Source: Mizuhopecten yessoensis
Taxonomy: Eukaryota
Assembly: GCF_002113885.1 (NCBI RefSeq)
Contig: NW_018407978.1
Coordinates: forward strand, 216,693 to 280,692
Length of the DNA stretch: 64,000 bases
Reading direction: 5' to 3'
Shown here: positions 52,856 to 63,593 of the stretch, piece by piece
How positions within the stretch are numbered: position 1 is the stretch's first letter
How the letters are laid out: each line of letters begins with the position of its first letter
Made by a program: the position numbers and the translations under genes
The notes under the pieces: generated by a model
Told to the model about the DNA's origin: nothing
Database searches by the model: none
The model's input: the letters and a program-made list of their open reading frames with translations, nothing else

Positions 52856-54966
52856 AAAACCGTTTTGGTGTCACTGAGGGAAAAGTATTTCAAATAATGG
52901 AGCAGAAACTATCAGCCAATCAGATGTATGATTGAAGGGATCAATTTTGATTGCTTTGACCTACGATAGAATGACCCTAAATAGTTTATAATTGTAGGTG
53001 TATAGTATATATCCCTTACAAATAAATCAAACCTCTTGCAGTGGTTACAAACATGTACTGTGAAGATTTGGAGTGGAAACTGTAAGCCAACTAAGATGTG
53101 ACATTAAACACTGATGGTACGACTCCAAAAAGTACAACATGCTAGGTGTACAAATATAGATGAACCGAGTCATGGCATGGATACTAAGTAATCAGACAGG
53201 ATGATTTGACATTGAATGATCTTGACCTGAAAGATATACTGATACTTGATGGTTGGATGGACAGTACAACGTGACGGTATTGTTTGATCTATTTTAAAAT
53301 CAAATGCAGCAGTAACAGTAAAAGATTAATAACAAATCTAGATTACATCATTCAATCTTTTATTGATGGAATAATATAAACTTTTACAATGTACATTGTA
53401 TATTCCAACAGAATACAATTTACTGTAACTAAAACACATGCAAACAAGAAATAATAGGCAAAAACCATTAATCCTTGAAATAATCAATGCAATCACAAGA
53501 TGATCTTATTATAAAATTATATCCTGAATCAGCTATGTACATGTGTTTGGTAGTAAGCTGTTACAAGTGTACTCTCAAAGGTAGACATGAGTATAAATAA
53601 TAGAACATTGATTTATTTCAGGTTCATTCATTTGAACAGGTTTGCATGATCACACCTATCACTTCTGCACAATGCCTCTTAAAGGTTATTTAGAAGAAAA
53701 GTAAACACATTTGGAAGGACAACGAACACTACTCCATAACATGAACTCCTCAGGCTATTTGTGCAGGATGAGCTAAAAATAGTTAACAGCAGTTTCAAAT
53801 AGACCATTATTATAGTCATAGGTGTATACATGTACATGTATATACAGTTAATACTGCTGCTTATTGAAATTATTACAAATTGTCAAACCTGAATTAGTTT
53901 GGAAGTGTCTATCGATATCATAGAACTGAAAATTGTTACTTGTTCATGTTCTAATATAACAGACTTGTACAAAGTTAGCCCAAGTTTCCTCTGGCCCGTC
54001 ACCAGACTAAGACATCTTAACAGGTAGATGTCTGGTGTGGGCACACATAAATCTTTCTGTCAAAATGTCTAAGATTGAAGAATGGTGTCAGGGCCAGAGG
54101 AAACTCTGGCTAGAAACAAAGTTTTCTCTGTTTAATTTGAACTGGGTATGATAAAGATGTGTTGCATCAAGAAGAGTTTCAAATTGAGATAAAAATCATA
54201 TCTTGTTCATGGGTACATCTTGATCCAGATCTATGTAGTGTTACAAACCTATGCAACAAAACTGTTTTTCAGTATAATTTCTTTCCCAAAGAGATTAAAA
54301 ACAACATATAACAGTATAGAAGTTCAAACTTAATTGTTGATCATCTTACACACATGCATGCATACATTATGTACCTGAGTATATTTCACCATACCCTGAT
54401 CAGTTTATAACAATTCAAACAGCATAAAATCAATTGTGTTTAAAAGATACACAAACGAGATATCTACACAAAGAAGCATAAAATTCCTTCTTTTTATCAC
54501 AAGTTTTTAAAGTTTCATCATGATACAATTTTTTCTTGATCCCCATGTCAGAATAACAGCCACTTTTTCCTCTAGTTTGGAATTTCATCCTTACTTTAAA
54601 TTCACACATCTTATTCTTAAACATCAACTGTATATTCATTGTAGCCAAATGTGACCTTTTAATTTGTATCAAAATTGTACAACATTTTTAGCAATTTGGG
54701 ATGAGTTTTATGGACTGATTTTGATTGGTGCCCTCATATTATCAGATGTCATTTTACTATAAAGTCTATCTCATGATCACCTGTGCCTATATATACAAGG
54801 CATCACAGCTCTGAAGAATACATGTATATACTTACAAAAGTACAGATTTGTTATCATAGTCTACATGTACCTGTCAGTGTACTGGCCGCCTTTGATTCTG
54901 CTGATGGGCATCCTATATATCACAGGTACAATGTATCTATACATTGTGTATAGCAAGGCAATCCAC

Positions 54967-56607
54967 TCACGCATCACTTTCATCACTCTCATCCGTATCT
55001 CTCTCCTCTTCCTCCTCTTCGAGCTCCTCTTCCTCTGATTCACCCTCTTCACTGTCCTCCCCAAAGAAGTATGGGTAGTCATCACTGGATATATACCCGT
55101 ATACTTCTTCCTCCTCGCCAAACTCTTCTCCCAACTCCTGCCACTTCATGTCCCAGTTCCCTATAAAGTCTGGGTTTTCGATGTCCCTGTGACATACCCA
55201 GTTAACATTGAAACAGATGATACCTTCATTCTCCCAACATTCTCTCTCCGCACCTGAAAAACTGTGTAAATAACCACTAAAATTAGCAGGAGGTTCTAAC
55301 GTAACGTCTGGGGGTTCTGTACTCCCAAATGGTCCAAGTCTCCTTCCAAGATTGGTGACAAATTCTAAACAATTTATCATCATATATTGAGTCCTTAATT
55401 TAACTTGTACGATCACCTCTCCCTTTTCTAATTCTACCTCACAAACATCAGTCACTTCTGACGAGTCCTTAGGAAGGCCATGGTGATGCCAGAAGCTATC
55501 AAACACCTCCATACCCACAATCACATTTTCTTTCTGACTCTCATTAAAACGTGCTACAATGACAATCTTGGAAATCTGTGACCGTTCATTTGATGTCTCG
55601 CAGGTTCCATCATTGAAGTATCCTTTAGAAAAGTTACTGCAATCAGATTTACCACTGTATTTCTTGCTGTCAGGAATGATCTTGGTGTTATCCTGGTCTC
55701 GTCTTACCACCCAGTGAAGCGGAGGAGATCTGCAGTTTTTTATAGACATCAACAGAGCCTTATTAGTGACATCTTTATGATCCAGGAGGTATTTCCTAAC
55801 AGTATCGAGCTTCTCCTCCAAGAGAATATCTGAGTTATTCTCTAAATGTTTTTCCCAATCACAGTAATCAATGTAGATCAGTCGGGCTGCTACAACCAGA
55901 GAGTAGATTTGTTCTCCATTCAGTTTTGTCTCCTCGTTCTGCCCGGAAATGTAACAAATTGCTGCCTCAAGTATGGCCAATTCATTAAGGTCATTGGGAA
56001 GGGGGTAGCCGCCACGAAACACGATCAAATTATCTTTACTCAACAACTCAAGAACACAGTCATAGGGAATGGCCGAGAACTCCTCCATCCGGCTAGCTTC
56101 TTCCAGATGCCGACCAATCAGTTTTATACATCTGTTTTTGATCTTTTCTAAATAGAATTTGGCAGCAAATGATAGCATGGAAACACAGTTACTTCTGTCA
56201 ACACTTTTGAGTAACAATCTCTGACATGACTCCTTTACAAACTCGACCTGAAGATAGTCAGCCACAATGAACAGACTCTGTACATTGTTACCAGTGACCT
56301 CGACTGACCCTGTGTAGGCAAACTGGAGCAAAAGTTCCAGACTGGAAAAGTCTACATCATGTAGTACCACGTCAGATTTGTTCTTGGCGTCCATGTGAAG
56401 GAGGACCTTGAAGTACTCGGAGAGGGATGCTAGCACATTCTTGTGAGCTTTGACACTCTTCTCACCAACATGGAGAGTGATATCACAGAACTCCTCCTCT
56501 CGCCAAGACTTGTGTAGGGCCTTCAGCACAGCTCGGGGATACCCCGGGCTGGACACCAATTTGGAAACAGTTGAATCCAAGCCAGAATCGAATGATTTTG
56601 CTTCCAT
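54967..56607 (-). CDS. BTB-BACK protein with C-terminal jacalin-like (beta-prism) domain and acidic tail, 546 aa, single coding exon
   Basis: BTB: FCDITLHVGEKSVKAHKNVLASLSEYF...LLQFAYTG...ADYLQV. BACK: SNCVSMLSFA...EEFSAIPYDCVLELLSKDNL...AAICYI. Jacalin-like: ELEKGEVIVQV...INCLEFVTNLGRRLGPFG...YLHSFSG. E/D-rich tail. Acceptor tctttttag at 56639-56640, upstream of the ATG. Confidence 0.9.
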   Translation of the reverse strand: MEAKSFDSGLDSTVSKLVSSPGYPRAVLKALHKSWREEEFCDITLHVGEKSVKAHKNVLASLSEYFKVLLHMDAKNKSDVVLHDVDFSSLELLLQFAYTGSVEVTGNNVQSLFIVADYLQVEFVKESCQRLLLKSVDRSNCVSMLSFAAKFYLEKIKNRCIKLIGRHLEEASRMEEFSAIPYDCVLELLSKDNLIVFRGGYPLPNDLNELAILEAAICYISGQNEETKLNGEQIYSLVVAARLIYIDYCDWEKHLENNSDILLEEKLDTVRKYLLDHKDVTNKALLMSIKNCRSPPLHWVVRRDQDNTKIIPDSKKYSGKSDCSNFSKGYFNDGTCETSNERSQISKIVIVARFNESQKENVIVGMEVFDSFWHHHGLPKDSSEVTDVCEVELEKGEVIVQVKLRTQYMMINCLEFVTNLGRRLGPFGSTEPPDVTLEPPANFSGYLHSFSGAERECWENEGIICFNVNWVCHRDIENPDFIGNWDMKWQELGEEFGEEEEVYGYISSDDYPYFFGEDSEEGESEEEELEEEEEERDTDESDESDA

Positions 56608-57542
56608 TTCTGATCATTAAGACGGGTATCTTGTTCAGCTAAAAAGAAACAAAATAAGATCTGCAATAAATTAATGTCACCAATATATCGTTAGTACAAT
56701 GTTTATCATTAACCTTAACTAATTACAACATTCTTTGAATAATCCTACAAACTTACATGTCTTTAATTTATGTGTTATAAATAACAAATGGCTTCTTTTT
56801 CAAATTAAACTTGGTCCTATAATTTTGCATAGTTGTAAGGAATAAATGAAAATGATGGGCCCATTTTATGCTGCAACTGCATACTTGTAGCGGAACTGGA
56901 CTGGCATAAACTTGACAACTTTTTGAAATTTTCATGGGGGAGATTCTGCATTTTGAAAATTAAAACATAAATCAAATGTGTGTATGTACCCCCTAGAGAG
57001 GAAATAACCCTTGAAAATGACATATTTTGAGTTGTTCTTTCGAATGAAATCAGGAGATCTTAGAATACAGAAATAGTTTAGCAAATTCATTGGTTGAAAA
57101 TACTAAATTTAAGGGTCCAAAACGGGAGTATCCCTCCTAATAGGGAGAGTTGGCAAGTACAAGTACTAGTATATATATGCAATTGATATTAGTACAGTGT
57201 AATTTCTTAAATTAATTACATTCATTCAATTACTTGTACTACTGTATCTATAAGGATTAAAGGAAAGCTGAAAACCCTGATAATGGCTGATATTCAATCT
57301 TAATAAAAAAAAAATCTGTAAAATCACAGCTAGGAATCTGAAATTTTACGGGTATAGCGGTACCAGGGATGACACGTATACTTTGTAAGTTTCTGGTAAT
57401 TATAAAACAACATAAAACTTTGATCATACAAAAATCGCTGTTAATAATTGCTCCAAAGCGATCTCCCTAAAACTATGTACGTGCACCGACTTGCATTGTA
57501 TTTTTATTTACATCTAATTCCGTGCTACATGATGCATATATT

Positions 57543-59011
57543 TGTAACGGAACTGGATTGGATCAATCATTCCGATGGTCCGGGGTTCAAACCCCAGCCT
57601 GGCCGTGCATTTTCCCTCTCCTGTTACAGTGGTGCCAGCTCACTCAGGTCACAGTGACCAACTCTTGTTTCAAGCATTCTGTGTACTGTAACAAGGGGAT
57701 AACCGAACCCGGGTTGTAAATACATGAAGTTGTGTATTCTGGGGGCGAAGACCAAGAAAAAGGAGGTAGGAATGTAGCGGAACTGGACTGGCATAAACTT
57801 GCCAATTTTTTGAAATTTCCATGGGGGAGATCAAAGGTGTTTGAAATTCTGACTGTACTTGAGATACATGCATGTATATATCATATAAAAAAAACATATA
57901 CAAATAATGGTATTACTACTTTTTTTATACAATTTTTTTTAATGATATATATCTCAATTTACAGTCAGTAGAAGTCCCCGTCCATCATCTCCTACAACAG
58001 ACTAGCAGTGGGACTAGGAGTTCCCAAGCCAACAACATCAGGCAAATAAGCACCAGAGTCAACGCATATAAACATTTATTCGTCCCTGCTATAATCAAGA
58101 TGTGGAACTCAATACCATCAGATATCAGAGGACTACCAACAGTAGACAGTTTCCGGCACCACATACAGACCATTGATGTGGCCGGACTCAACTCATCCCC
58201 AGGCACTAGACAGGACTCCGGACTTGTACATTGTAAATACCAGATTTTAGATGTACATACAGACAGATGTAAATAGCAAATTGTTTAGCTGTATGGCCAA
58301 TAAGCGCCGGAGAGCCTGGAGTAGTGACACTCATCTGATGAGTCAACTCCATAACGGGAAGAAGAAGAAGAAGAGTATTTCAAACACCTTTGGCTTTGGG
58401 TAGATTCTGCATGCTCAAAATTAAAATATAAATAAAATGTGTGGGATACCCCCTAGAGACCAAATTAAACTTTAAAATGGCATATTTTGAGTTTTTCTTA
58501 GTATGCAATCAATAGATCTTAGAATATAGGAACAAGGAAGCGTATATGTTGTTTTTATCATATAAAAACCGAACCTAATGAATTCACTGGTTGAAAACAC
58601 TCAATTTAAGGGTTCAAAATCGGGAATTCGAATCTCCCTCCTAAATAGGGAGGGTTAACGTTGGCAAGTATGGACTGGGTCGATCGTCACCGACCAGGGT
58701 CGTTTTCGTTTAAACGTGTCAGACCGGTCGGACCGCTGTTGTTCGTTTATTAAATAAAGTTGGACCTAGTATTCCGATGCTGCTTTCAGGCGAGCCATGG
58801 CAAAGCATTGCAAGGCCTGCATAAACATGTGCAGGTCCGCCAGGATTTATACCCGAAATTGTTACATTTATAAACGGCCAAACCGGTTGTTCCGCAAAAA
58901 TGACCAGGCCCCTGATAGCCCAATCGAATTGGTAGAGCGTCCGTCTATAGTTGGGAGGGTCCCGGGTTCGAACCCCCGGCCCTGGCCGTGTATTTTTCCT
59001 CGCCTGTTACA
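57543..59011 (+). mobile_element. tRNA-LTR TRIM whose second LTR is interrupted by nested DNA elements and a LINE 3' end
   Basis: LTR1 57543-57628, PBS GTGGTGCC, PPT AAGAAAAAGGAGGTAGGAA. LTR2 starts at 57773 and finishes ...GGGTTCGAACCC...CCTGTTACA at 59011. Confidence 0.7.
57990..58375 (+). mobile_element. LINE 3' end fragment
   Basis: Reads RQISTRVNAYKHLFVPAIIKMWNSIP (LINE C-terminal Y..SF.P..I..WN.LP motif) and ends in a (GAA)n tail at ~58358-58373. Confidence 0.7.
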
Positions 59012-59152
59012 TATTAATTTGTGGTAAGGTGTATTGGTAGACGAGGCTAGTACCAGTGTTTTACATACAATTTTATGTAGTTACATGAATTTGAATGCAA
59101 TCTTTGCGAGAAGAAAAGAGAGATCTCAAAAATTGCAGTAGTATTTACTTAC

Positions 59153-59200
59153 TCGTCTTAGAACGGCATTCGAGTCCGACATACACGCGGGAAAATGTGG
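59153..59200 (-). other. Probable 5' UTR exon of the BTB-BACK-jacalin gene (5' boundary uncertain)
   Basis: A perfect GTAAGT donor on the minus strand at 59152-59147, in unique CpG-rich sequence, pairs with the acceptor at 56639-56640. Confidence 0.5.
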
Positions 59201-59228
59201 AACTCTTTATTGTGTAGAGGTATAATTG

Positions 59229-62200
59229 CGTTGCTACTAATTACAGCCCGATAGAGCCCGGCACAGCCCGGTAGTGATATATTGACCGCCCGGGCGTTTG
59301 TTTCCACTTACATATACCATTACAACTGTATGTTTTGCATTATTTGTAACAATATGAATGCAATGATCAAGAAGTTGTGAACAAATCATTAAATTTGATC
59401 GAATTATGGTTACTTGAAATGAGTAACATATGGCAACAACCCGCTGGAGAAGAGCCAGACCATTGTTATTTGCAATACAAACACCGCCCGGGCTTTCACG
59501 TGTGTAGTAAACTGTATTGACACAACTTATTCGTATAGCTTTAGGAACGAAAAACACAAAACTGAAGAAATATCAAAGTATATGTTCATAATTAGCCAAG
59601 TTATTGTAATTTGAAGTTAACTAACACTGCAGGGCTTGTCATTTCAATATTAGGACTGCCCGGGCGCTACCCTGTAAAGTTAAGTACTTCACTCGGGTTA
59701 ATCAATGAATGAGAAATAAAACATAAAAGACAGTGTGAAAATATCTCCATTGTAAAAAGATTTTGCTGATCTAACTTTAGATACTTCGCTACGTATACAT
59801 TACGCTGAAGCTCATATCACGCGTGTTATTTGCAGCATCGGGACCGCCCTGGCTTTCATCTTTATCGTTAGGTCAATTAATTAAAACTCTTTATTTGTTA
59901 AGATGTGTGTGTAACCACGGACTTGGATATCTAATCCACAGACTAATTCCGTGGTGTAACTAACACAGTGCTGACAAAAATGTTAGAATACATTGTATGT
60001 TAATTATTGGCGGAGTTACGGTGTTTTGAAATTATAAGTTCCTCAACCATACGTATACGCTACAAAGAGGTAATTAGATGTACTTTCTGAAAATATATGA
60101 TATATGTCTTTAAAAAAGGTTCTGCAAAAATCGTGTGTAGCAATTTTATGCAAAGTGATCCGCTACTGCCGTAACAACTGTACTTGTTATTTATAATATC
60201 GGGAGCGCCCGAGCCTTCAACTTACCATTAACTAGACTTAACAAGAAAAAATGAAATCGTTCAGTTGCCGGTGTATGTTTTGAAATTAGTTACTTCTCAT
60301 CCGTACGATTAAGCTGAAATCATGAGTATTGTTTGTAATATCGGGTTCGCCCGGGCATTCACCAGATTCATTATTTGCTCAACAAACACTCTTCTGTTGT
60401 TCATTAACTCAATTCTGAAAAATTGTGGGATATTAAAAATTGGCATAGTTATGATATTTTTAAATTAGTTACTTCTCAAACATACGCTATTATACAAAGC
60501 TGAAAGCCCATTTCAAATCCATGTAATTCAGTCAATTTTCAACATCATTTCATAGTTTCTTGAACTAAGTAATCTTTACACAGTCTTCTTCATGTTAGGC
60601 TAGGGGGACAAGGGGTACCGACCTAGGTAAAAGCCCGGGCTGTCGGGGCGACATGAACAAAGTAACGGCTACCGTGCCGGCTCCAGCCAAATAACCAATT
60701 TTAATTCTACCCATTTCAAATCGATGTGATTCAGTCAATTTTCAACATAATTTCATAATTTCTTGAACTAAGTTCTCTTTACACAGTCAAATTTCAAATG
60801 TTTTTTCTACTTCTTGTTAGGCTAGGGGGTACTGCCCCAGGTAAAAGCCCGGGACATTTGATAAATCCTAAAAAATAATATTAAAATGAGACATCTTATA
60901 TATAGTATATGAGATGCATAAAAGATATCTCATTTAATTTCTTTACACGAATAAAATAGTTTACATAATCTCATGAAAACAGTTCAAGTTGGCTTGTCAT
61001 ACCAATTACCACTTTGTAAGATGCTCCAGGGATGCCCTGGATGTTCTAATATCTTGTCATGCGGTTTATGGTGTAACACTGTGTGTGAACAAGAAGGGGG
61101 TATCTCAATATTTGTAAAGTGAATCCTTGAAATCATATGTTAGCATTTGTTCTGTGTCTCACGACACATTTGTATGCCTTAAACTTGACAAACATCTCTC
61201 TGTATGTGAGAAAGATGTCTTTATTTGCTCATTGTATATTCCGCCTGATCGAGCGGCGTATTACAGGCTTTTCAACAGAGATTTATCTTATGATCTTGAA
61301 AATGAAATAGCTGTATTCTCTCTGGAAGGCAAAGTTTTTTTTAGTTGGTGACTTTAATGGAAGATGTTCAAATTTAAAGATTTTTTGGATCAGGATGACG
61401 CGAGTAAGGATATTTTTGATAATCTATCTGATATATATATTATATATACTTACCAAACTGATGTACATTTACCCTCACGAGTGTGTCCCGATAGGGTAAT
61501 GAACTGGTCTGAAGTTGCTACACTTATGTGTATACTCCGACATACGGATCTGAAATGGTAGACATTCTGATGGCTTCGCTAACGGACGTGGTCCTACGGG
61601 TTGTAGCGTATAGTAGATTGCATATAGTAACAACGCCTGATGTTTATCAGTATGACTGCATTTGTAACTTGCGGGTTCAATACATTTTCTGACCACGCAC
61701 CTCTACATTTTGTACTCAGTTGTAAGCTAATTATTAGTATCAGTGATCAGGACTCAACAAATGTACACACGTATAGTACACATGCTATTCTTCGCTGGGA
61801 CACAGACAATGCTGAAGATAGTATTAGGGCGATTTTTGATAATATCGATTACATTAACATTCGTGTTGAAGAGAACGATTTATCGACTGATAACCGGTAT
61901 TGAGAGGTGTTTTACCTCTTTGTAAATATTGTAAAAACCCTTATGTTATCTTTTCATTCAACTACGCAATGTAATAGAGAGTTTACATCAGCCCCCCCCC
62001 CCCCCCCCCCCCCCCCCCGCCCCCTCTATAGGCAAGGGGGTCAACCTAATATATCATGTGACAAGCCTTGATTTAACCAGTGTAAAATGTTGCAAAGGCG
62101 ATATACGTGAATGCTTTGAAAATATTTAATTATTCCTCATCTCGAGAAAATCATGACATACTTATTCATGTAAGAGTTTGTATAAGTCTACTGGGCGACA

Positions 62201-63267
62201 ATAAATAAAGCGATCATATTTGAAAGCACAAGGTACTATTATGGATTTGTTGAGAGTGAGCAACCCTTCATTTTTTTCATCATTGTGTTAGTTACACACA
62301 CATCTTAACAAAAGCAGATTTTAATTGACCTAATTCACCATAAAGATGAAAGCCTGGGCGGTCCCGATGCTGTAACTTGAATAACATGCGTGATATGAGC
62401 TTCAGCGTAATGTAGCGAAGTATCTCAAGTTAGATCAGCATAAATCTTTTTACGATGAAGTTATGTTCACACTGTCTTTCATATTATATTTCTTAATCAT
62501 TTATGAACCCGAGTAAGATACTTTTAATAAATTAACTTTACAGAGTTATGCCCGAGCAGTCATAATTAATATTGTAAATAATACGTCCTGCAGTGTTCCA
62601 AATTACAATAACTTGGCCAATTATGAACATATTTTGATGTTATATTCAGTTTTGTATTTTTCGTTTCTAAACTTATAAGAATGACGTATTTTAGTCCAGC
62701 TTACCAATTACCGAACGGAAGCCCGGGCGGTGTTTGTTTAAGGATCAACTTGAATATATTTATTATGTTAAAAATATATTCAAGTTAATCCTTATAATTT
62801 AATCTACTTTACACAATTCCTTGAGAAATCAAGTTTTATTGATGGACTGTTTTCTCTTAGAAATTATTACGCCGCTGTATCAGGCAATCAAAATTTAAGC
62901 GACGTTACAAACGGCGACGTCATTTTTTTACGTTATGGGCTGATAACATATTTTTTAGGCCAATGAAAAGGTTTGTTACATGCGAGATTAAATCATATTC
63001 AAATAACAAACGTCTGGCTCTTCTCCAGCGGGTTGTTGCGACGTTACTGATTTCAAATAGTCATAACTCGCTCAAATGTTAAGAATTTTACACAACTTCT
63101 TGATCATTACATTCATATTATTACAAACAGTGCAAAATATAAAGATGTTATGGTGTATACGTGGAGACAAACGCCCGGGCGGTCAATATATCACTAGACA
63201 CTACCGGGCTGTCCCGGGTTGTAACCTGGTCGACACGGACTGTACCGGGCTGTAACTAGTAGCACCC
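59229..63267. mobile_element. 4-kb Mutator/Foldback-like element with ~740-bp diverged inverted arms and a 9-bp TSD
   Basis: 59229-~59970 is the reverse complement of ~62281-63267 (e.g. GTGATATATTGACCGCCCGGGCGTTTG; GCAACAACCCGCTGGAGAAGAGCCAGAC). Flanks GTATAATTG (59220-59228) and GTGTAATTG (63268-63276). Confidence 0.8.
61095..62270 (+). mobile_element. Degraded LINE ORF2 apurinic-endonuclease region inside the inverted-repeat element
   Basis: Frameshifted motifs GGISIFVK, VCLKLDK, FICSLYIPP, GDFNGR and FSDHAPL are typical of the APE domain. Confidence 0.75.
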
Positions 63268-63299
63268 GTGTAATTGGTCTGCAAACCAAAACAAAAAAT

Positions 63300-63593
63300 A
63301 TGGCCGCCGTGGCCTGGGTCATTCTCCAGCTGTTTCTGTTTTTCGTGAAACACAGCAAACGAAACCCTTTTTGGGCGCTCGTAAATGTGTGCATTGTGCT
63401 TCTGGCTCCAGCTCTTGCAGCGTCAGATAGTTCCGCTTCAATCGAAGTGAGCATTTACGACACACTAAGTCACCAACCTAAGCTGTCAAAATCTGACAGT
63501 TCGTCAGCTGTATCTGACGTGGTTGCGGAAAATATTCAGGGTAAATTTGCGTTTATCGGACAGAAGAAACAGGCTGATGGCAGGCTTCATATG
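63300..63593 (+). CDS. Exon 1 of a probable PA-TM-RING E3 ubiquitin ligase (RNF43/ZNRF3/RNF215-like); gene continues beyond the window
   Basis: Signal peptide (..WALVNVCIVLLAPALA-AS), then SASIEVSIY...IQGKFAFIGQKKQADGRLHM|gtgaga. This resembles the ZNRF3/RNF43 PA-domain start (recalled: AFVEVVLF...LTGRFSRAG...AEGEIVQ). The donor is phase 0. Confidence 0.6.

Noticed and set aside
58905-59011. tRNA gene candidates (also 16450-16500, 33380-33460, 51079-51150)
   Set aside because: A and B boxes are present, but acceptor and anticodon stems are imperfect. Each sits inside the same TG...CA repeat, so they are treated as tRNA-derived LTRs.
61993-62024. Long poly-C tract as a G-quadruplex or regulatory element
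   Set aside because: It is a homopolymer inside a decayed LINE remnant; such tracts are common and prone to sequencing length error.
14197-63593. Three ubiquitin-ligase components (F-box, BTB-BACK, PA-RING) as a functional cluster
   Set aside because: These are large unrelated families using different scaffolds and compartments, and nothing in the sequence links them beyond proximity.
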